Positions 1-5,588 of a DNA stretch of 5,588 nucleotides are shown in pieces; position 1 is the stretch's first letter, and each line of letters opens with the position of its first letter. The stretch lies in NCBI RefSeq assembly GCF_003334785.1, contig NZ_QOWV01000043.1, one strand, 5' to 3'. The position numbers and the translations under genes were made by a program. The notes beneath the pieces are model-generated. The model was given only the letters and a program-made list of their open reading frames with translations, was not told the origin of the DNA and did not search any database. Origin of the DNA: Escherichia coli. GTDB taxonomy: Bacteria > Pseudomonadota > Gammaproteobacteria > Enterobacterales > Enterobacteriaceae.

Positions 1-26
1 AGACGGATTCATACATGTATTCCCGG

Positions 27-68
27 TGAAAAAAGACAAAACCCCGCGCACCGGAAAGGTGGCGGGGG
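27..68 (-). terminator. Intrinsic (rho-independent) terminator downstream of the 339-aa gene
   Basis: Plus 42-68 ccccgcgcacc-ggaaa-ggtggcggggg folds into a GC-rich stem of about 10 bp (two single-base bulges) with a 5-nt loop. Read on the minus strand, the hairpin is followed directly by ttttgtctttttt (plus 29-41), about 55 bp past the TAA stop at 122-124. There is no T-run on the plus-strand side, so it is unidirectional. Confidence 0.7.
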
Positions 69-121
69 ATTCACGGAGATAATATCTGTCTGAGATTATT
101 TAGAATGTAACAGGTAATGAA

Positions 122-1141
122 TTACTTCCTTCGCTTGTGTTCAAGATATTTCTCTGTAATCAGCATTTCAAAAAACTCTCCTGTTCTCAGACCGTAAACA
201 GTTCTGAGCTCATCAAGCATTTCTTTCACATTGCTTCTTATATGTATATTAATGGCCTTTTTACCATCACTCCGATATTTTTCCTTTTGTTTTTTCTGAT
301 GCCAGGCATGATTTATTCGTGTTCTGAACAGTTCAATGGTATCAGGCACTTCTTTCCATAAAGCAAAGGCGACAAGAGAGGCAAGATAATATTCTTTCGT
401 TGAAGATGGTATGAACCACCGGGTCACTGGGTTATGTACCGGATGTGTTTCATCCTGTTTTTGTTTCAGTCTTGTCCAGAACCACTGACACATTTCATCA
501 TCGTCAGGAAGGAGCCACTTAAACTTTTGACAAGCGCTTTTCTTTTTAAGCCACGCCTGCCTGAGTTCCTCGAGGTATATGCTTTTTGCATTTTTATTAA
601 TTAAAGAATGGCAGGAGTCAAAATATGAAATGATTACTTTTATTCGTTCGTTATGGGATGATGGATTATCCGGAAGGTTACTTTTTTTGTAAGTGTTTAA
701 CGTTTCATCGGTAACTGTTCGTATTTTTCTGACTTCAATTCCGTTTTTTATTCCTGATGAATTATGGTTTATTTTCGGGAAATTTGTATGATCTTCCTTC
801 GACAGATAAATAGTAGTCCAGGTAAAGAAAGTCGCAAGTTCGTCAGTTTTCAACCAGAGAAAACTCTCTTCAGGCAGTATTGCCTGCCCTGCAATAATTT
901 CAAGTTCATTAATTTCTTTGCTGAGAGTTTCTTCTGCAGTCGAACCAAAAACACCAAAAGAATTGTTTGAAGCTTTATAATACTTTTCTTTTAAAAACGA
1001 ATTAACATTTCTGATACAGTTTTGTGGGTTGTCAGGCGCAAACTGAGGGAATTCATTGGGGTATTTGTGATTCAGATATTCGGCATAAAACCGACATTTA
1101 CGGGGATCTTTGCATTTGATAAGCATCTGTTCGTTATTCAT
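122..1141 (-). CDS. Hypothetical protein, 339 aa; Cys-containing N-terminus and a C-terminal ribbon-helix-helix-like segment (by-eye inference)
   Basis: A 340-codon open frame in AT-rich DNA (about 32% G+C in a hand-counted sample at 601-660), where stop codons are frequent, so it is unlikely to be chance. ATG at 1139-1141 is preceded by GGAG (reverse complement of plus 1149-1152) with a 7-nt spacer. The terminator at 27-68 follows the stop. C-terminal residues KAINIHIRSNVKEMLDELRTVYGLRTGEFFEMLITEKYL show a strand-helix-turn-helix pattern reminiscent of Arc/MetJ/CopG/NikR N-domain. No catalytic motif recognised. Confidence 0.8.
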   Translation of the reverse strand: MNNEQMLIKCKDPRKCRFYAEYLNHKYPNEFPQFAPDNPQNCIRNVNSFLKEKYYKASNNSFGVFGSTAEETLSKEINELEIIAGQAILPEESFLWLKTDELATFFTWTTIYLSKEDHTNFPKINHNSSGIKNGIEVRKIRTVTDETLNTYKKSNLPDNPSSHNERIKVIISYFDSCHSLINKNAKSIYLEELRQAWLKKKSACQKFKWLLPDDDEMCQWFWTRLKQKQDETHPVHNPVTRWFIPSSTKEYYLASLVAFALWKEVPDTIELFRTRINHAWHQKKQKEKYRSDGKKAINIHIRSNVKEMLDELRTVYGLRTGEFFEMLITEKYLEHKRRK

Positions 1142-1470
1142 TATCTCACTCCATGTCGCCTCTCTTATAACAAAATCGTCTCAATTTTATTTTGTCACTA
1201 AGTGATTATCAAATGTTTTTGTTGTGATTTGCTTATGTTGTTAAATGTCTATGTCATGTTATCAGTGTTTTTATATAAAGATATATTGATATTTTTATGA
1301 TGGTGAAAAATCATATTTTCTTTTATATTCATTTGGTTATGCTTGTTTGTTCTGCATTTTGGGGATGACAGAAAAGAATGGGCTGTGTTGATCACATGCG
1401 CCGTATGCGCTCTCCAGGTTACAGCGCACCTCAATATTCAGTGTTTTCCTGTTGACTGGCATTGTTAATC

Positions 1471-1546
1471 TTATGTTTTGGTTTTGTTTTATTGTGTGGT
1501 TGTGAATGTTGTGTTTAGTTTGATGGTTGAGAAAGAAAAAAGAAGA
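1471..1546 (+). repeat. 76-nt cytosine-free GT-rich tract ending in an 18-nt purine run
   Basis: By direct reading there is no C on the plus strand between the c at 1470 and the c at 1547. The tract is rich in tgtt/ttgt/gttt units and ends with gagaaagaaaaaagaaga (1529-1546). The minus strand is correspondingly G-free and CA-rich. Confidence 0.6.
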
Positions 1547-2152
1547 CTATGATGCACTAATCAGGAAATATTTTCGACGCCGGTTGAGTTAAAAGAACAG
1601 ATAGAGTGGACAGGTGTTGTGTTAATAGTTTACGGCTGACAGTATTCTTATTTTAATAACAGGTGTTATTATTTATGGATTTATACAGACGATACTCCCG
1701 ATAAATAGTCAGGTGATGATGGTCGTTGAGTGGTTTTATAAGCTACGTATAGCTCTGTAAGACTTATTAATTCAACGATGACTACCGTTTATTGATATAC
1801 CTGTATTCGGGAAATGTCATAAAAAATGTCACGTTGTTTGCAGAATCTTTTGTTTTTTAGTTTCTGATACGCAATGACTAAGCAGGAGGACTCACTTTGT
1901 TTGTATGCTGAGCGTGATCGCCAGTGGAGATGAACAATTGACTCTTACATTGAAAAATATACTCTTTTGTATTTTATCGTTTATCCGCATGAAGTAAATA
2001 ATCTTCAGCAATGTTATTTATGTAAATATTATCATCTCACCCTGAGTGTTCATTTTATCAGTGTGATATTCCATTGTTTACTGATGAAATTAACCGATAA
2101 GTGATCTTGTTAAGATTGCCAGAACGACAGTTTTTGCTGAGTCCGTGCAATG

Positions 2153-2267
2153 GAAGATGTGTTATATCATCTATTTAAGCAATAAGTTTAATACAGATTT
2201 CAGAAGATGTGTTGGTGAGTTGATGACTGATTTTCAGAGGGGTATGGGAAAGTGTATGGGATCCCAT
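2153..2267. repeat. Short direct repeats plus a 12-bp perfect palindrome
   Basis: gaagatgtgtt occurs at 2153-2163 and again at 2203-2213 (11 bp, 50-bp spacing). gtatggga occurs at 2242-2249 and 2254-2261 (12-bp period), the second copy running into the perfect palindrome atgggatcccat (2256-2267). Confidence 0.5.
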
Positions 2268-2438
2268 AAAGAAAAAATCGTTATTGTTCAGTTGACGTAT
2301 ATTTCCGGGTGATGGCTCCAGTCAGCAGAACATGTGTTTTTCGATGAATGACCCAATAACTTTTTCGTGAATTTCCACGGAGCGTGAAAAGCAAATCGTT
2401 TTTCGGTCCAGTCGTTTGATGCGGGAACGGAGTGTCAG

Positions 2439-2723
2439 ATGGTGGTGCTCAATACGCCGGGTAAATATCAATACGATTTGAGGAACCATTTGCTGGTTAA
2501 TCTCTTTCCGATAGCATTGGATGCAGAAATAACTACATCCAATGTAAATAAGCATCAATTGCACAGAAGCAATATACCTGCGGCCCTCTCCGGAAATTCC
2601 GGTATCACTGACTACGTACCGTTTTCAGCAGAACGAAATGCGGCGATGGTCATTTGGCGGACAGCCATAGATAGCCGTCCGGCTGTGTGTAACGATGAGG
2701 AAGGAACCCCGGGAACGTTATGA
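2439..2723 (+). CDS. Hypothetical 94-aa ORF, convergent with the 190-aa gene (uncertain)
   Basis: ATG at 2439 preceded by GGAG (2429-2432) with a 6-nt spacer. It lies in a G+C-normal segment, and its translation looks more protein-like than the overlapping minus-strand ORF 2322..2564, which is Cys/His/Arg/Ile-heavy. Its stop at 2721-2723 is 1 nt from the stop of the 190-aa gene (2725-2727). No recognisable family. Confidence 0.3.
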   Translation: MVVLNTPGKYQYDLRNHLLVNLFPIALDAEITTSNVNKHQLHRSNIPAALSGNSGITDYVPFSAERNAAMVIWRTAIDSRPAVCNDEEGTPGTL

Positions 2724-2724
2724 A

Positions 2725-3297
2725 TCAACAGGCGTATAACAGGTACTCGTCAATCATCAGTTCCAGCTCGCGCTTTTCCCGTTTGCGCGCCACAGCCCAG
2801 TTTTCAAGCTCTGCATGTGATTTATGCTTTAACTCTTCAGTCCAGGGCTGCATGGAGTGGGCACACATCAGATCATACCAGCACAGCCATATTAGCGTGT
2901 GGTAGAGATCACGATCGTCGAAACGCCGGAGCAGGCTGTTCAGCCTGTTTGCCAGCCGGCTTTCGCCCAGACGATGTAGCTCACTGAGTAAAACGCCGCC
3001 CAGATTAAAATGCGTAAGCAGCATGATTTCATGGGTCTGAATGCTGGTCATTAACCCTTCCTGAATGGCAGGAATGAACGGTGGCGTTCCCGGGTTGACG
3101 ACCTGATAGAGTCCCTGTGGTGCCACTGAGATGATGGTGCCTTTTTCCGGTAGAAAAAAGTGGGCCAGGGTCAGGCGGTGATAACCATGAAGATGCGGAG
3201 AGCCCATTCCATGAGCGACAATAAACCGGGTTACACTTGCCATCCATTTCTGATGCTGAATTAGCAGCAGATCACACCGGTTTTCAAGTTTTTGCAT
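2725..3297 (-). CDS. Hypothetical protein, 190 aa, likely co-transcribed downstream of alpA
   Basis: ATG at 3295-3297 preceded by AGGAG (reverse complement of plus 3306-3310) with an 8-nt spacer. It starts 85 bp after the alpA stop on the same strand, with no terminator visible between them. G+C resembles alpA. In enterobacterial islands the gene after alpA is often annotated as an inovirus Gp2 / YfjJ-YagK-type protein, but I cannot confirm that from sequence memory. Confidence 0.75.
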   Translation of the reverse strand: MQKLENRCDLLLIQHQKWMASVTRFIVAHGMGSPHLHGYHRLTLAHFFLPEKGTIISVAPQGLYQVVNPGTPPFIPAIQEGLMTSIQTHEIMLLTHFNLGGVLLSELHRLGESRLANRLNSLLRRFDDRDLYHTLIWLCWYDLMCAHSMQPWTEELKHKSHAELENWAVARKREKRELELMIDEYLLYAC

Positions 3298-3382
3298 AAT
3301 ATTCTCTCCTTTAGCACGCAGCAGAATGCCTCCGGAGGCCGGATAGTGTATTCGCTGCGGTTGAACGGATAACGGTCAGGAA

Positions 3383-3589
3383 TTACGGACGGGATTGTGC
3401 AATACGCGCCTGCAACCAGGCTTCCACTTCACTTTTCAGCCATCGGGAGCTGCGGCCGAGTTTGATGGGGGCCGGAAAGGCACCATCTTTGATGAGCTTA
3501 TAAAACCACTTATCGGTTAAGCCGGTCAGTTGAGTGATAAACGCCATGTCGACCATCTGGTCATCCATCAGCGAAACTGGGGTCTTCAT
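3383..3589 (-). CDS. alpA: AlpA-family phage/island transcriptional regulator (excision activator-like), 68 aa
   Basis: Translation MKTPVSLMDDQMVDMAFITQLTGLTDKWFYKLIKDGAFPAPIKLGRSSRWLKSEVEAWLQARIAQSRP carries the characteristic AlpA/Vis-type helix-turn-helix signature (LTGL...Y.LIK.G.FP.PIKLG..S.RW...EVEAWL). ATG at 3587-3589 is preceded by GGAGG (reverse complement of plus 3599-3603) with a 9-nt spacer. Size is typical of the family. Confidence 0.88.
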   Translation of the reverse strand: MKTPVSLMDDQMVDMAFITQLTGLTDKWFYKLIKDGAFPAPIKLGRSSRWLKSEVEAWLQARIAQSRP

Positions 3590-3971
3590 GAAAATGTTCC
3601 TCCGGATGTTGTTAATCTCAACCGGCGTTGGTGATGAAAACGACGCACCACCTTCACCGGCATAACAACCGGGGAGAAACGTAAAAAAGTTGAGGAATAT
3701 TCCTGCCAGGAGAGAAACTGTTGTGTACAGGCAATACAGGTTGTCTGTTTTGTCAGTGAAGCCGGTATAAACGGAAGATGATTTTGTGTTGCCGGAATAT
3801 GGGATGGCGTTTTGCCGTGACGGAATCAGTATTTTCAGTGATGATTATTACTGCGCAGGGGAGTATCGGAGATAAACCACGCCCTGTACCTGCCAGAGCT
3901 GTGGTTTGTATTTACTGAAAGGAAGATAAAGCAGAGGTAAACACTGTTGCGGTGAACGGAGAAGACTGAAA

Positions 3972-4763
3972 TTATTCTCTGTAATTACAAACAACAGTGA
4001 TCTGATCCGGTTTTTTTACCGTTACGGGTTTCCGGGGATCAATTTTATAGACCGGGGTAATGACCACGCCGGAATTTATGGAGAAAAGCGGGATCCAGCA
4101 ATAAACGTCCGGATATTTCTGTGTCTCCGGAATACCTTTTGCGCCAGAGGCCATCAGATCTTTAACGCTCACGAAAAATGACTGCCGCAGATCAAAAAAG
4201 TACTCGTCATATATCACGTCTTTTGCCAGCAGGATGACTGCATTACCAACAGCCACTTTTACAGGTGTTTCGCCCGATGGATTATCGTGATTGTATATTG
4301 TTCTTTCGATATAAATAAAACAGGCATATTTCGTCTTCTCCCCGGATAGCTGCATCTGGTATTCGCAAATGTCTTTGATATACCGACTTTCAACCCTTCC
4401 AATCATCTTATCCCGGCGATAGTGTCTTTTATGTTTCAGCGCGTACAGAACACCATTTGAACTGTCAAACTCCAGGACTCTTCTGGTGAAAAGTTTGTTT
4501 TCCCAGATTTCCAGACAATACTTCTCTGCACTGACGACATTGCGTTTGCGAGGAAGATCCCGTTGATACACTCCATTTAATAAGCGTGACTGCAGTTCGC
4601 CTGCAAGTTGATAATAACAGTTAATATCGTTAAGGACAGGTGCTGTGGCGCTGAGTAATGCGTCGATTACCTTAGAGCGCGAAAGTTTGTGGGTATGACA
4701 GTACTCATCCACAATTCGCAGCGTCTCATCACTAGTCATATTGAAAGTTATACGTGTTGTCAT
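3972..4763 (-). CDS. Hypothetical protein, 263 aa; N-terminal ribbon-helix-helix DNA-binding domain fused to a C-terminal domain of about 220 aa with unknown function
   Basis: A 264-codon open frame (about 43% G+C in a hand-counted sample at 4201-4260). ATG at 4761-4763 is the first possible in-frame start, since an in-frame stop lies 6 codons upstream. N-terminal residues TRITFNMTSDETLRIVDEYCHTHKLSRSKVIDALLSAT match a strand-helix-turn-helix RHH pattern (compare the NikR N-domain RVTITLDDDLLETLD...). No obvious Shine-Dalgarno: the upstream sequence is aacagaaaacttcatcATG. Confidence 0.75.
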   Translation of the reverse strand: MTTRITFNMTSDETLRIVDEYCHTHKLSRSKVIDALLSATAPVLNDINCYYQLAGELQSRLLNGVYQRDLPRKRNVVSAEKYCLEIWENKLFTRRVLEFDSSNGVLYALKHKRHYRRDKMIGRVESRYIKDICEYQMQLSGEKTKYACFIYIERTIYNHDNPSGETPVKVAVGNAVILLAKDVIYDEYFFDLRQSFFVSVKDLMASGAKGIPETQKYPDVYCWIPLFSINSGVVITPVYKIDPRKPVTVKKPDQITVVCNYRE

Positions 4764-5086
4764 GATGAAGTTTTCTGTTAATCATATTGGTTGATATGCA
4801 TAACATTCCATAAAAAACACTGTTAATTCATATAATTAATTTTTTTGTGTGTTTTTTCCTTGAGTGGTAGAAAGCAGGGTTACTGCCACTGTACTCAGCA
4901 TAACTCTATCACATAGAACCACAGAAAATGAAGCATTGCTCAGGGGGGAGGTACTTATACGAGTTCTCTGAACCGTGATAACCAGTATTTTTCATGTTGG
5001 GTGATTTGTCGTTACAGCTACAGGCAGTTCATGTACTATTAAAAAATAATTAAGGTTAATTAGTATTATTTATAGAAGTATGGTTA

Positions 5087-5286
5087 TGTAAATGAACCCT
5101 GTAATTCCACCTTGTAACCCAATCCTGTAGACGGATCTCTCATAAAGATATGCTCATAGAAGTATCTGTACAGAGATATTCTCTGTAGTAGTACTTGTAA
5201 CTCTGTCCTTAACTCTCTCTGCTGTAATGTAATCTCGTAACACCTGAATATAAATCTGTCATGTACACACACTGACTGTAATGTAC
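5087..5286. repeat. Cluster of TGTA-core short repeats (candidate operator or iteron array)
   Basis: About eleven TGTA/CGTA-core motifs in roughly 200 bp: ctgtaat at 5099, 5222 and 5276; ttgtaac at 5112 and 5195; ctgtag at 5125 and 5183; ctgtaca at 5166; tgtaca at 5262. The 10-mer ctgtaatgta recurs at 5222-5231 and 5276-5285. The cluster lies 320-520 bp upstream of the 263-aa gene start. Confidence 0.45.
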
Positions 5287-5428
5287 TTTGTTAAGTAATG
5301 CCTGTTGTGTGGAGGCTATTCTGGCTAAATAAGAGTATGAATCGTCAGTGTCAATAGTGTGGATAACGGTGGTTGAGGGAGAACTGTTAATGTTTTGCTT
5401 TTGCAGTTCACCTGATGAATTTTGGTAG

Positions 5429-5437
5429 TGATATAAT
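5429..5437 (+). promoter_or_regulatory. Candidate extended -10 promoter element (TGnTATAAT) facing the right edge of the window
   Basis: tgaTATAAT at 5429-5437 is a perfect extended -10 consensus. No good -35 is present (cacctg at a 17-bp spacing). The context is AT-rich, so a chance match is plausible. No ORF start with an SD was found downstream within the window. Confidence 0.25.
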
Positions 5438-5588
5438 ATTGTGATCGTAAAAAGTATACCTTATGCCATTAAACAGTCTTCTGGAGTGTTGTTTACTAGT
5501 AAGCGACTCGTCAGAACCGTATTGATATTTACTGAGAGCTCAGATCAACTTTCCAGGGCAACAGATCGCGTACCCGGTTTGCCGGCCA

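Larger units (their letters stand above)
1142..2300. other. AT-rich region of about 1.2 kb without a convincing ORF
   Basis: The six-frame track shows only one 61-aa TTG-initiated ORF here (1249..1434, minus), with low-complexity composition. A hand-counted sample at 1441-1500 is about 33% G+C, against about 58-60% in samples at 2641-2700 and 3421-3480. The region contains the C-free tract and the repeats listed separately. Confidence 0.5.

Noticed and set aside
137-970. Plus-strand ORFs 137..361 and 764..970 antisense to the 339-aa gene, and plus ORF 2720..2905 antisense to the 190-aa gene
   Set aside because: Antisense shadow frames inside longer, better-supported genes. No RBS noted and low-complexity translations.
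1249-1434. 61-aa minus-strand ORF in the AT-rich region
   Set aside because: It initiates at TTG (reverse complement of plus 1432-1434 is ttg), has no SD, and its translation is His/Asn/Ile-rich and low-complexity. Most likely a chance open frame.
1884-1997. AGGAGG at 1884-1889 followed by a possible 30-codon ORF (ATG 1905 to TAA 1995-1997, MLSVIASGDEQLTLTLKNILFCILSFIRMK)
   Set aside because: The SD-to-ATG spacing is about 15 nt, which is too long, and the nearer TTG at 1897 opens only a 4-codon frame. Cannot be supported without conservation or expression data.
2322-2564. 80-aa minus-strand ORF overlapping the 94-aa plus ORF
   Set aside because: Its Cys/His/Arg/Ile-heavy translation is not protein-like, and it has no obvious SD. 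The plus-strand frame is the slightly better candidate, though neither is certain.
3029-3247. 72-aa minus-strand ORF in an alternate frame inside the 190-aa gene
   Set aside because: Entirely nested within the better-supported 190-aa frame, which has an SD and ATG. Pro/Gly/Ser-rich shadow frame.
2590-3339. Perfect palindromes ccggaaattccgg (2590-2602) and gcctccggaggc (3328-3339)
   Set aside because: About one or two 12-bp perfect palindromes are expected by chance in 5.6 kb. Neither is followed by a T-run on either strand, so they are not terminators, and any operator role is unsupported.
3683-3704. A-run followed by palindrome aggaatattcct, a possible weak minus-strand terminator after the 263-aa gene
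   Set aside because: The stem is short and AU-rich and lies about 280 bp beyond the stop codon. Too weak to call.
3974-5187. 10-bp direct repeat attctctgta at 3974-3983 and 5178-5187, flanking the 263-aa gene
   Set aside because: A window of this size is expected to contain several exact 10-mer repeats by chance. Not evidence of att sites or a transposon boundary.
5084-5272. 62-aa minus-strand ORF overlapping the TGTA repeat cluster
   Set aside because: Its LQ/YR/TE-rich translation is what the reverse complement of repeated CTGTA units produces. More likely a repeat artefact than a gene.
1-5588. CRISPR array, tRNA/tmRNA gene, IS element or transposase, integrase
   Set aside because: No regularly spaced repeat-spacer pattern, no tRNA-like T-loop/acceptor arrangement found by eye, no terminal inverted repeats bracketing an ORF, and no ORF of integrase or transposase size. 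Absence by eye is not proof; tRNAscan and ISfinder would be decisive.

Overview
This window looks like horizontally acquired island DNA with a mosaic base composition, containing four well-supported minus-strand genes, none of which I could assign to a characterised system by eye. The only gene I recognise with confidence is a 68-aa AlpA-family regulator (3383..3589), followed 85 bp downstream by a 190-aa ORF; both sit in G+C-normal sequence. Two AT-rich cargo genes flank this pair: a 263-aa protein with an apparent N-terminal ribbon-helix-helix (RHH) domain (3972..4763) and a 339-aa protein with an apparent C-terminal RHH-like segment (122..1141), the latter ending in a clear intrinsic terminator. 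Between the 190-aa and 339-aa genes is about 1.2 kb of AT-rich DNA (1142..2300) with no convincing ORF; it contains a 76-nt cytosine-free tract, short direct repeats and a palindrome. Upstream of the 263-aa gene is a dense cluster of TGTA-containing repeats (5087..5286). No integrase, tRNA, CRISPR array or IS element is visible inside the window. All domain calls are by-eye inference without database searches, and G+C values are hand counts of single 60-nt samples.
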